DNA of 64,000 nucleotides from Candidatus Xenobia bacterium (GTDB lineage Bacteria > Vulcanimicrobiota > Xenobia > Xenobiales > QWHO01). Positions 8,771-17,032 of this stretch are shown in pieces; within the stretch, counting starts at the first letter, position 1, and every line of letters starts with the position of its first letter. The notes beneath the pieces were generated by a model. It saw nothing but the letters and a program-made list of their open reading frames with translations, was not told where the DNA came from and did no database searches. The translations under genes were made by a program, and so were the position numbers. Location of the stretch: NCBI GenBank assembly GCA_045863235.1, contig BTUM01000001.1, forward strand, positions 192,001-256,000. The letters run 5' to 3'.

Positions 8771-8967
8771 CATTTCCCTTTCCGACTTCAGCCCCCGAGT
8801 GGGCTCTCGCGGCGTGGGGGGGGTCCACCGAGAATGCGGGTGAAGGCTGAGTAATCTTTCCATGCTCTGTCCGGTGACGGCGGGCATAGACCGGGCCACG
8901 GTCGCAGGAGCAACCTCCAGGCCACATAGCACCCCCAGGCTTACCGCGATGACCCAGAATGGCGTTC

Positions 8968-9303
8968 TCACGCTGCACCTTCCCGGAAGGCCCTCAGTCG
9001 CTCTCTGACCTCAAGCACCTTTCGACGCATGAACACTGTTCTGCGCGTTCTGCGCCTCTGTTCCAGCCGGGAGAGCGCCCATTCCAGGTCGTTGGCGACC
9101 TCGCGGGCGAGTTCCAGTTGCGCCCGCAGCCGTTCGACTGTGATATCCGGAATTTTCAGTTCAACCTCGGCGAGCAGTCCGATATACACGTAATTGCCGT
9201 GTGAAGGGTGGCCTATATTGCAGGCAAAAGCTATCGCCACAGAGCCTCCTCTTGGTTGAATTTCTTTGGACGGGACGGGTACGGGGGTCGGGTCGAAGGT
9301 CAA
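8968..9303 (-). CDS. Hypothetical protein
   Basis: ORF downstream of Cro-like 2; start uncertain. Confidence 0.45.
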   Translation of the reverse strand: MTFDPTPVPVPSKEIQPRGGSVAIAFACNIGHPSHGNYVYIGLLAEVELKIPDITVERLRAQLELAREVANDLEWALSRLEQRRRTRRTVFMRRKVLEVRERLRAFREGAA

Positions 9304-9351
9304 CCGGAATCAATGGAGAGTCTTATGGCTGCAGTCGAAAACTCGAACACC

Positions 9352-9570
9352 TCAGGCCACCGCTCCTTCTTGAGTTGCATCGGACATCAGAGCTTCCTCT
9401 GCTATTCCGGTTATATGGCTCAGCATGCGAATGGTTGCCAGGCGAGGACGAGCACTGCCTTGCATGGCACGGCTCAAAGTTGCCAGGCCTATGCCGGCTT
9501 TTCTCGCCAGCCAGGCCTGGCTTTGATTCTGTTCAGCCAACCACACGCGAATCAGTCTTGCATTCAGCAA
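9352..9570 (-). CDS. Cro-like HTH regulator 2 (paralog of 8025-8246)
   Basis: NARLIRVWLAE...SQAWLARKAGIGLATLSRAMQG. Confidence 0.85.
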   Translation of the reverse strand: MLNARLIRVWLAEQNQSQAWLARKAGIGLATLSRAMQGSARPRLATIRMLSHITGIAEEALMSDATQEGAVA

Positions 9571-9601
9571 CGTCGTCCGACTCCGCTCGATTCAAGTGAG
9601 T

Positions 9602-9613
9602 CGAGTATACTCG
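9602..9613. promoter_or_regulatory. Palindrome CGAGTATACTCG, candidate operator overlapping a TATACT -10
   Basis: Perfect 12-bp palindrome in the 44-bp gap between divergent HTH genes. Confidence 0.45.
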
Positions 9614-9614
9614 G

Positions 9615-10154
9615 TTGAGTATTCCTGTGTCAAGCGATCTGATCGAGGCCTTCGGAAAGCGTCTAGAAGCGCTAAGGAAGGCGCGTGGACTTGAGCGAGC
9701 TCAGTTGGCAGAAGCTGCCGGCATGCTGCCTTCAGTCATCTCTAACTGGGAGAATGGCTTACGGACTAATGTGCAGCTTCCATCTTTGCTCAGGCTTGCT
9801 GACGCTCTGAATGTTACTCTGGATGAACTTGTTGGACGTAGCGCTCTGCAGCGAGATTCTCCAGGTTCTATCGGTGAAGCACTTCTTCAGGTGGATAAGG
9901 CAAGAATTGCTTTAGATGAAGCGCATCGGCAACTGAAGCTTGTTTGTGAGCGAGCCGTAAAACAGACACATTTACCAGAATTCTACCGTGGAGCAAGAGA
10001 ATATGCGCCTCTCCCAGTCGGGCAGGCGGCGAGTCAGGACGCGCCAGAGGTCACCGAGGCTGAGCGGAAGACGGCTCTGCGCCGGGCCGCGCGAGATAAG
10101 AAGCGGGATGCGGAGGCCGTCGAGAAGAACCCGGACCCGTTTAAGGGGCTTTGA
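9615..10154 (+). CDS. XRE/CI-like repressor 2
   Basis: FGKRLEALRKARGL...LAEAAGM...ISNWENG...LADALNVTLDELVGR. Confidence 0.9.
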   Translation: MSIPVSSDLIEAFGKRLEALRKARGLERAQLAEAAGMLPSVISNWENGLRTNVQLPSLLRLADALNVTLDELVGRSALQRDSPGSIGEALLQVDKARIALDEAHRQLKLVCERAVKQTHLPEFYRGAREYAPLPVGQAASQDAPEVTEAERKTALRRAARDKKRDAEAVEKNPDPFKGL

Positions 10155-10390
10155 GCAAGCGGTTCAAGTCGATGCGCGGGCGGAGTTTCCTGGCCGTGCT
10201 GGAGAGAGCGCCGCTCTGCTATGAGGTGGAGCGACAGAAGGGGTCACATATGCTGATGAAATCGGCGGCTGGCTATCCCGACCTCCTCTTTGCTTTCCAC
10301 GGCAACGCAAACATTCCGGGCGGCCTGGTAAAGAGGATCCTCGTCGGCCATATCGGACTTTCAGAGGAGGAGGCACTCGGTCTGCTATGA
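10151..10390 (+). CDS. hicA: HicA-family toxin
   Basis: RQKGSH motif, 79 aa, directly upstream of HicB-like gene. Confidence 0.8.
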   Translation: MSKRFKSMRGRSFLAVLERAPLCYEVERQKGSHMLMKSAAGYPDLLFAFHGNANIPGGLVKRILVGHIGLSEEEALGLL

Positions 10391-10635
10391 CTCTTGCGGA
10401 GATTCAACTGGTTTACCACGAGGAGCCGGACGGCTGGTGGGCGGAATCGCCGGATGTGCCGGGCCTGTTCATTGCCGGCAAGGATGTCTACGAGGTCAAT
10501 GGTCTGCTGCTCGAGACCCTGTCTTCGGCCTATGCTGAGGGCTACACGGTCGGCAAGGTCAAGTTCGAGAGCCATCGGCGGCGAGGCCGGCGTCCGTCCT
10601 TCGGGGCCCGAAGGAGAGCTGGAGGAGGAGTCTAG
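10387..10635 (+). CDS. hicB: HicB-like antitoxin (short)
   Basis: EEPDGWWAESPDVPGLFIAG.D..E. Confidence 0.75.
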   Translation: MTLAEIQLVYHEEPDGWWAESPDVPGLFIAGKDVYEVNGLLLETLSSAYAEGYTVGKVKFESHRRRGRRPSFGARRRAGGGV

Positions 10636-10640
10636 TCGAA

Positions 10641-11255
10641 ATGGTGGGGGCAAATGTTGAGAGTCCGTTGAACGGGGTCTGGCATACTCGGTCGATGGAC
10701 TTCAGTCGATGGGCTGACATTCGGGACGAGCTGCTCGAGCGGGTTGCCCGGCAGCACTGCGTCAACCCTTTCCCGCCAGCGAGGGTGCTCGGCCTGGTGG
10801 TCGAGTTGCTCGGCTACCAGCTGGTCACCGACCCCGAGCTCGGGGAGGGGTTGCGGGCGGTGGTGGACGTGGTGGCTCGGACTATCCGGCAGAACCCGCG
10901 CTGGTCGCCTGACCCGAGGCGGTGCACCCCGGCCCGGCTCCGCCAGGCGGTAGCCCACGAGATTGGCCACGTCGTGCTGCACACCCACGAGCTGCTGGCC
11001 GGCGTGCGGTCGGAGCGCCAGGAGATCGAGGCCGAGGCCTTTGCCCGCGTGTTCCTGGTGCCTCGCCAATTGGTGCTCAGGTCGCGGCGCCTTCGGGCTA
11101 TCGAGCAGAGCACCGGCCGCCAGCGCAGCAACCAGGTCGCCGGACTGGCGGACGAGCTCTGGGTCACGCCCGAGCTGGTGTGGGTCAGGCTGCGGGAGGC
11201 CGGCCTGGTCGAGCCGGCGTCGCGGGTGAACATCCGGAAGGGGGTGGTGGGGTAA
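10641..11255 (+). CDS. ImmA/IrrE-family metallo-endopeptidase
   Basis: R.AVAHEIGHVVLH and E.EA..FA..FLVP. Confidence 0.88.
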   Translation: MVGANVESPLNGVWHTRSMDFSRWADIRDELLERVARQHCVNPFPPARVLGLVVELLGYQLVTDPELGEGLRAVVDVVARTIRQNPRWSPDPRRCTPARLRQAVAHEIGHVVLHTHELLAGVRSERQEIEAEAFARVFLVPRQLVLRSRRLRAIEQSTGRQRSNQVAGLADELWVTPELVWVRLREAGLVEPASRVNIRKGVVG

Positions 11256-11779
11256 TGTTTTGTCCAGCGTGCGGCAAAGAGAACCAGAACGGTGCCAAGT
11301 TCTGCCAGTCCTGCGGAAAGAATGTCGTTGAGGCTGCTGGCGGCGTATTTCCGCCCGCAGTCGTATCGGTCTCTAAGACTGTGGTCGCATTCGAGAAACC
11401 GCATTGGACAAAGCAGAGCATTGGTTGTTCCGGATGTTTGAAATTCTTTATGATAGGGGGCCTGATTCTCTTTATCGTTGGCTTGTTCCAAGCTGGTCCC
11501 CCTCCTGACAGACCGTATACTGGTGAGGACGGACATACAGCGTCGGCTGCTTTTGTTGGAGTAGACAGTACGAGCTTTGGTGAATTGCGCAAAGCGAAAC
11601 TCGCGAATGACGACCATGGTGTGCGGGAGTTAATCTTGCGCGATAAGGTCTTTGCAATTGAGAAGGGCACGAAGATAAAAGTCCTGGAAGTGGGATTTGA
11701 GACCAGCACAATCCGTATTCTCGATGGACCATATGCTGGACGGAAGGGTATAGTCCAGAATAAGGCGGTTGGCCGATGA
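11255..11779 (+). CDS. Zinc-ribbon membrane protein
   Basis: MFCPACGKEN...FCQSCG, one TM segment, C-terminal extracytoplasmic domain; start re-assigned to ATG 11255. Confidence 0.8.
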   Translation: MFCPACGKENQNGAKFCQSCGKNVVEAAGGVFPPAVVSVSKTVVAFEKPHWTKQSIGCSGCLKFFMIGGLILFIVGLFQAGPPPDRPYTGEDGHTASAAFVGVDSTSFGELRKAKLANDDHGVRELILRDKVFAIEKGTKIKVLEVGFETSTIRILDGPYAGRKGIVQNKAVGR

Positions 11780-11894
11780 CCAACTGAGCCACGACCAGGT
11801 GGCGAGCTTGGAGACCACCCTGCCAGGCCAGCCTGCTCTATAACGCACTGTGATGACTGCGGCGCGGCACTGACATATGGGTGCCGGAGCCGGA

Positions 11895-12050
11895 ATGACT
11901 CGCCGCCCCGGCTTGGCCATCTTCACCCTCGGCGTTCTGCTGGCGCTGATCGCCCCCGAGCTGGGCCACGACGACGTGGCGAGCTGGGGGTACCGGGTGG
12001 CGGAGCTGGGGTTGGTGGTGCTGTTGGTGGTGGAGGTCCGGAGAATTTGA
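11895..12050 (+). CDS. 51-aa two-TM small membrane protein
   Basis: MTRRPGLAIFTLGVLLALIAPELG...LGLVVLLVVEVRRI. Confidence 0.45.
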   Translation: MTRRPGLAIFTLGVLLALIAPELGHDDVASWGYRVAELGLVVLLVVEVRRI

Positions 12051-12113
12051 TCCGGGGCAGAACACGGTGACACTACTTGTCACATTGATTGATAGAGTAA
12101 GGGGGATGGTTGT

Positions 12114-13112
12114 TTGCCGGAAAACGACAACATGGTTCCGAGGAAGGTTCGGTTCTACCAGATGGACGCCGGGGAGCGAAATGGACAACCGGTTCCGTTT
12201 CCCATCGGCGATCTACTGGGGCATATCAGCCAACTTACAGAGGAGCAGCGTTTACGCCGCTACGCCGTAGCAGGGCAAGCGACTGACACGTTCTGCTGGG
12301 TTGACCGGGCACAAACCGAGCCTCCTTACAGGGCTAGATTCGCCGTGATCAGGATGGCGGGGTTACCGGCCAAGTTTCAACTAGGAAACCTCGAAGACCT
12401 GGATATGGCCGCTGGCGAGGGTTTAGCGGAAATCTGCCACGTTCTGTTTTTTCAGGACGCGGGTAACACGGTCGCTAAACTATACAACCATCACGGTCCA
12501 CGAATCGGCCGCATTTTGACGTACCTTCAGGACCTCGCTCCAGACAGCTTCAGGGCCAATCATCCACTGTTGGACTTCGACCGCCTCGTGAGACGGGACG
12601 CCTGGGAGCGGTGTCAGCGAGTCGCCGCGATCAAGTTGCTTAGCTTGAGGGTCAGACCATCGACAGGCGCTCGTCGGGAAGATGCGAATAACAAATTTGC
12701 GCGGGCACTCCGTGTCCTCTTTGAAGGTACGGGCGCTCGAGACATCGAAATAACGCTAAACACTGGATCTCGCAGCCGGACTGAGCCAGATTCCCTGAGC
12801 ACGGAACTGGTTGAGGAGATCCGAGAGGTCATTTTGGGGGATGAGTTTGCTACGGAGTCGGCTGAACTGTCGGGCTTCGTAACGAACCTCCAGCTCCCGA
12901 ACCGAGCAAATGGACGCCCTCACCTCGACAGCTTCGGGGTTGACCTGGTGGACGACAGTATGCTTGACGGAGTCGAGGTTCGTAAGCGCGCTGACGCCAC
13001 CAACCTGATTGAAGATTCATCAGCGTATGCCGCACTCCTGAGGTCCTATCATGACAACTACGAAACAATCCAGCAGTGCGTCCGGATCAGCCGCCACCCA
13101 AGACGCGCCTGA
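12114..13112 (+). CDS. Cargo protein, DUF6731/DUF4747-like
   Basis: 332 aa, lower GC, YNHHGPR motif recalled from this class of prophage cargo. Confidence 0.55.
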   Translation: MPENDNMVPRKVRFYQMDAGERNGQPVPFPIGDLLGHISQLTEEQRLRRYAVAGQATDTFCWVDRAQTEPPYRARFAVIRMAGLPAKFQLGNLEDLDMAAGEGLAEICHVLFFQDAGNTVAKLYNHHGPRIGRILTYLQDLAPDSFRANHPLLDFDRLVRRDAWERCQRVAAIKLLSLRVRPSTGARREDANNKFARALRVLFEGTGARDIEITLNTGSRSRTEPDSLSTELVEEIREVILGDEFATESAELSGFVTNLQLPNRANGRPHLDSFGVDLVDDSMLDGVEVRKRADATNLIEDSSAYAALLRSYHDNYETIQQCVRISRHPRRA

Positions 13113-13113
13113 T

Positions 13114-13743
13114 ATGCTAAAGGTAAGTTGGCTCGTTGAGACTATCGTTGACGCGCACTGGATAAAGCTGTTGATCTTGTCCGCGTTAATTGCGACACCG
13201 TGGTGCTACGTCGAGCGTGCACACCTCTGGGACGACCAGACTCTGAGCTCGACGGGCCCAACGGTGTATGGATCGGTGGCAAGTACCGCGGCCTCAGTTC
13301 TAGGCTTTCTCATCACCGCCCTCACGATCGTGCTGGGCTACTTGAGATCTCGAGAACTCCGTTTCTTGCGGAAAGAAAAAGTCTTCAAGTCGCTCACTGG
13401 CTCGTTCGTCGTCTCAATTTGGAGTGTGTGCTTCTTGATGGCAGCGGGCTTAGCTGGCTGCTTCCTGTATCGCGAGCCCATTCTGGCTTGCATATTGCTA
13501 TTCCTCATGATCTACACGGCATTGACCATCCTCCAGTCCACTCTGACGCTCGGGCTGCTGTCGGCTTACGTGTTGCACCAGATTGACCAGGACCTGGAAA
13601 AAGCCGAGAAAAAGAAAGCAGATCATGAGAAGCAACGAGCCTTAAAGGCCCTTCACGAGGAAGAGAAGAAGCGGCAAGAAGCGGTCAAAGCTCTCGCCGC
13701 GCCGCAGGAAGGCATTGCCCCTCCCCCCGAATCTACCACGTGA
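13114..13743 (+). CDS. Four-TM membrane protein with charged C-terminal helix
   Basis: Four hydrophobic segments; ATG 1 nt after upstream stop. Confidence 0.75.
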   Translation: MLKVSWLVETIVDAHWIKLLILSALIATPWCYVERAHLWDDQTLSSTGPTVYGSVASTAASVLGFLITALTIVLGYLRSRELRFLRKEKVFKSLTGSFVVSIWSVCFLMAAGLAGCFLYREPILACILLFLMIYTALTILQSTLTLGLLSAYVLHQIDQDLEKAEKKKADHEKQRALKALHEEEKKRQEAVKALAAPQEGIAPPPESTT

Positions 13744-13837
13744 AAAAGAATCAGCCCGGCCCCGAGGGGACCAGGCCGAAGCTCCAACAGCCGTGTTTTC
13801 TCCCCTCCCCGGCCGCGCACCTGTCGTGAGGTGACCC

Positions 13838-14980
13838 ATGGCCAAAGCCAACAACCGCGACCGAGGCCTCATCCAGTATCCTGACGGAACCTGGGGCGTG
13901 CTGTGCGTCCTGGGTGGCAGCCGACATAAGCGCAAGGTTGGCACGAAGGACCAGGCCCGCGCCTACTACACGTGGTGCCAGCAGCAGAATCGTGAGCGGG
14001 CTCGGGGCGACTGGGTGGAGCCAGAGCCCGAGCTCGAGCTCCCGACGGTGGAGGCAGCGGTCGAGGAGTTCCTGGAGATTCGCCGGGCCCGGGGCAGCGA
14101 GTCGTCGCTGGCTGGTTACCGGGGCAACGGCCGGCTCTTCAATGAGCTTTACGGGGGACTGAGACTGGACCAGCTGACCCCCCGCCTGGTGGAGGCCTTC
14201 GTTCGGGGGCGGCTCGAGGCGGGGGTGTCGCCGGCGACGGTCAACCGCCAGCTCGCCTTCCTGAAGGGCGTGTACCGGGAGGCTGCCAGGAACCTGCCCG
14301 CCGACTGGCAGAACCCGATGGCCCGGGTGAAGATGCTGCGGGAGGACACGCACCGGGAGTCCTTCCTGACGCCGGAGCAGCAGGAGCGGCTCCGGGATCA
14401 CCTGCCGAGGTGGTGCTGGCTCCTGGTGGTGGTGGCGGTGCTGACCGGGGTCCGCCAGGGGAACTTGCTGCGGCTCCGGCGCGGCGACGTCGATCGGGAG
14501 CGCAAGATGGCCAGGCTGCCCCGGACGAAGGACGGGAAGCACTTCTGGGTCCACTTGTCCGACCAGGCCCTGGCCGCGCTGCTCGAGCAGATGGGGGAGC
14601 GTGAGGATGAGGAGTCCTGCCGGGACGAGCTGGTCTGGGCGACGTCAGCCGGCACGCCCATCAACCCGGCCAATCTGCACAACCGCGTCTGGAAGCCGGC
14701 TCTGAAGGCGGCGGGCATCGAGGGGTTCCGTTGGCACGACCTCCGTCACACGACGGCCCAGCGGCTGATCGAGCTGGCGGGCTACGACCTTTACACCGTG
14801 CAGAAGCTGCTGGGGCACAAGCACCCCAAGACGACCCAGCGCTATGCTCAGTTGAGCGAAGCTCACCTGCGGAAGGCTGCAGAAGCGCTTTCAACAGTCG
14901 GGCCGGCACTCGTTCAAGTGCCCCCGGTGGGATTACCACGAAATGACCACCCGGCCGATCGAACATTCTCGGACAACTAG
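13838..14980 (+). CDS. Tyrosine integrase (prophage)
   Basis: TGVR, K, HDLRH, LLGH, TQRY; ends 34 bp before att repeat. Confidence 0.95.
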   Translation: MAKANNRDRGLIQYPDGTWGVLCVLGGSRHKRKVGTKDQARAYYTWCQQQNRERARGDWVEPEPELELPTVEAAVEEFLEIRRARGSESSLAGYRGNGRLFNELYGGLRLDQLTPRLVEAFVRGRLEAGVSPATVNRQLAFLKGVYREAARNLPADWQNPMARVKMLREDTHRESFLTPEQQERLRDHLPRWCWLLVVVAVLTGVRQGNLLRLRRGDVDRERKMARLPRTKDGKHFWVHLSDQALAALLEQMGEREDEESCRDELVWATSAGTPINPANLHNRVWKPALKAAGIEGFRWHDLRHTTAQRLIELAGYDLYTVQKLLGHKHPKTTQRYAQLSEAHLRKAAEALSTVGPALVQVPPVGLPRNDHPADRTFSDN

Positions 14981-15014
14981 ATCCTGAGCCATTCTGTCGG
15001 GCTGTGACCATCCC

Positions 15015-15091
15015 ACTGAAAATCGCAGTGTCGCCAGTTCAATTCTGGCCCTCGGCACCAACGATAAGCCCGCTCCAGAGCGGGCTTTCGT
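15015..15091 (+). repeat. att repeat copy 1: tRNA-Phe(GAA) 3' half (15015-15060, ends CCA) plus terminator
   Basis: ACTGAAAATCGCAG...GTTCAATTC...CTCGGCACCA; identical over 77 bp to 23228-23304; no tRNA 5' half. Confidence 0.93.
15066..15088 (+). terminator. Hairpin terminator after tRNA fragment
   Basis: AAGCCCGCTC-CA-GAGCGGGCTTT. Confidence 0.7.
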
Positions 15092-15151
15092 GTTTGTCGG
15101 GCAGCTGATAGGACTGTCAAACACAGTCCTAAACAGGCAAATTCAGGGAAG

Positions 15152-15172
15152 TAACTGCCACTGAAACTGCCA
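15152..15172 (+). promoter_or_regulatory. Candidate integrase arm-type site (left)
   Basis: TAACTGCCACTGAAACTGCCA matches 23144-23164 at 18/21. Confidence 0.55.
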
Positions 15173-15251
15173 GCAGTTCAGCAGGGTTTTGCCTCTGGCC
15201 AGGGGCGGAAACCGTTCCGTCGAAGTTGCCCTGACAACGTGGGGGTGAACC

Positions 15252-15536
15252 GTGAAAGCCATCGCGCTCGTTCTCGCCTTTATGCTCTGCTGGCTGCCCG
15301 CGCTGGCGGGCAGGTGCACTGGCTCCGGTCCTTGCAACGCTTGCAGCACGTGTAGCAGTTGCGCTCACTGCAAAGCCGGGGGAACCTGTGGGGTCTGTGC
15401 GCCGTCCAAGCCTCGCGCTCAGCCGACCAGGCAGCCCGGGCAGACCGTACAGCGCTGCCAGGCGACCACTAAGAAGGGTACCCAGTGCAAGCGGTCGGCC
15501 AAGCCCGGCTCGAGCGCCTGTTGGCAGCACCAGTAA
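15252..15536 (+). CDS. Secreted Cys-rich small protein
   Basis: Signal peptide, 8-Cys module, C-terminal CQATTKKGTQC...CWQH module. Confidence 0.8.
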   Translation: MKAIALVLAFMLCWLPALAGRCTGSGPCNACSTCSSCAHCKAGGTCGVCAPSKPRAQPTRQPGQTVQRCQATTKKGTQCKRSAKPGSSACWQHQ

Positions 15537-15580
15537 ACAGTAGCCAGCCAAGCAGCCATTGACCTATGTCAGCTGGAAGG

Positions 15581-15859
15581 TTAGTGTTGAGGTTCAAAAC
15601 GTACCAGCCTTCCAATCAGGAACTTCACGGCCGAGAGTTCTCCCTTGATCTCGTTCCTAAGATCACCGACCATCCGAATAGAAACCGCTCTCGAGGCTTC
15701 TGCGGAAGAGAACCCGTGCTCGACTGTCTTCTGGAGCTCTGCCATCTGATTGGCCTGACGCTCCGTTGTAGAGCGTAGTGCTGAAACTTGTATGGATTGC
15801 CAAAGGCTTAAAGCCAGCATGGCTACAACCAGCACGAGCAAAAGCCAGTCACGTTTCAC
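15581..15859 (-). CDS. Small N-anchored membrane/coiled-coil protein
   Basis: N-terminal hydrophobic helix; GGAGG SD. Confidence 0.6.
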   Translation of the reverse strand: MKRDWLLLVLVVAMLALSLWQSIQVSALRSTTERQANQMAELQKTVEHGFSSAEASRAVSIRMVGDLRNEIKGELSAVKFLIGRLVRFEPQH

Positions 15860-16131
15860 ATTCCCTCCAACCTGCCGCTTGAGATTACTGCCGAATTACT
15901 TCTGCGATGTCTATTTACCTTTTGGCTAAAGCTGGCCCGCGCGGCGAGCTGAGCGGTTTGCCCGGGGGCACCTTGCCTCGGGCTTTGGGCGGGAATCGGG
16001 AATCGAGCGACTTTCGACTTCTCGTCTTTCGTCTTTCGTCTCGCTGATGGCCCAGAAGCAAGCCCTGGCCGCTCTCTCTGGACTCTGTCCTCTGTCAACG
16101 AATGTGCGTCTCGTTGACAAAACGGAAACTG

Positions 16132-16548
16132 TTAGGGACCGTCCGGCAGGGCGTCAATCCACTTAATGAGGTCCTCAGCTCGCTTCAACTCATTTTTCCA
16201 TCGGCTTAGCCAGTTGAAACTCACCGCAAGCTCATAGTCGGCTTGGCCCCTCGTAAGGAAGAAATCAAAGCCCCCCATGCCGATTTCCCAGTACTGTTTC
16301 GCAAAGGCCTTTTTGACGACCTTAACATCCTTATATAACTGCCATAGCGGCGAATGGTTGACGTTCCTCTTATTGACGGTGGGATTCAGAATGCTTTTGC
16401 CTCGTCCATAGGCATAGTCGCGGGCTTTGTGGTAGATTGCATAGTACGCTCGACTGATGGCAGACCGGAGTCCACATTCCGTGCCGCCCTGTGCGAGGGT
16501 CTTTGCCTGATCTAGGAACTCGTCAAAACTAAACTTCGACTGTTTCAC
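16132..16548 (-). CDS. HEPN-domain protein
   Basis: RSAISRAYYAIYH ... H ... RGQADY. Confidence 0.8.
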   Translation of the reverse strand: MKQSKFSFDEFLDQAKTLAQGGTECGLRSAISRAYYAIYHKARDYAYGRGKSILNPTVNKRNVNHSPLWQLYKDVKVVKKAFAKQYWEIGMGGFDFFLTRGQADYELAVSFNWLSRWKNELKRAEDLIKWIDALPDGP

Positions 16549-17032
16549 AACGGACGTGGAGGAAGGCGCGAACCAACGCGTTCTGGTTCAGCCACCAGTC
16601 GGTTACAAACTGGCGATATAGCTCCCAGTTCGCGATGGCATCTCCTTCGGGCAATGCTGTTAGTACAACGATGGGCTCTGCCGAGTCATCGGACCACAGC
16701 AGTTCCTCTCTAAACACGAGATTTAGTGCGTTGAACTTGGTTACGAGGGTTTCCTTGGCTTCTTGTATTCCCTGGACCAAAGAAGGATGGCGCTCCAGGA
16801 GGTCGCTCACGCTTTCGACTTTCAGAGTCGTGGGCTGCGGCGCTGTGGGGCGACGAAGAAGAAGCAAATAGCCTACTGTGGGGTTGGCTGCAACGGAGGT
16901 AGAACTACCACCACCGTAACCAGTGCTATAGGTGCTTAGGGCGTTCACGTCTCTAATTATTGCAGGTCTAGCCGGGATTCCCCCAGTTGGAGCGGTACTG
17001 GAGCCAGATGTCTCACACGTCACTGGCATCAT
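16529..17032 (-). CDS. Putative HEPN partner/antitoxin with low-complexity N-terminus
   Basis: Overlaps HEPN gene; S/T/G/P-rich N-terminus, compact C-domain ending F..DWWL. Confidence 0.55.
   Translation of the reverse strand: MMPVTCETSGSSTAPTGGIPARPAIIRDVNALSTYSTGYGGGSSTSVAANPTVGYLLLLRRPTAPQPTTLKVESVSDLLERHPSLVQGIQEAKETLVTKFNALNLVFREELLWSDDSAEPIVVLTALPEGDAIANWELYRQFVTDWWLNQNALVRAFLHVRCETVEV

Larger units (their letters stand above)
1..15060. mobile_element. Prophage right end (early/immunity/integration region), truncated at window start
   Basis: Tightly overlapping small leftward ORFs, several HTH regulators, Xis-like gene, DUF5131, integrase ending next to a tRNA 3' fragment. Confidence 0.9.

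Noticed and set aside
8276..8971. 231-aa minus-strand ORF
   Set aside because: Mostly antisense to the CI-like gene; at most the first ~65 codons could be real
15015..15060. Functional tRNA-Phe gene (also at 23228-23273)
   Set aside because: Both copies lack the 5' acceptor strand and D-arm; they are att remnants
16093..16119. 9-bp inverted repeat TGTCAACGA/TCGTTGACA as terminator or promoter
   Set aside because: No U-tract in the HEPN operon direction and no matching -10; function unsupported
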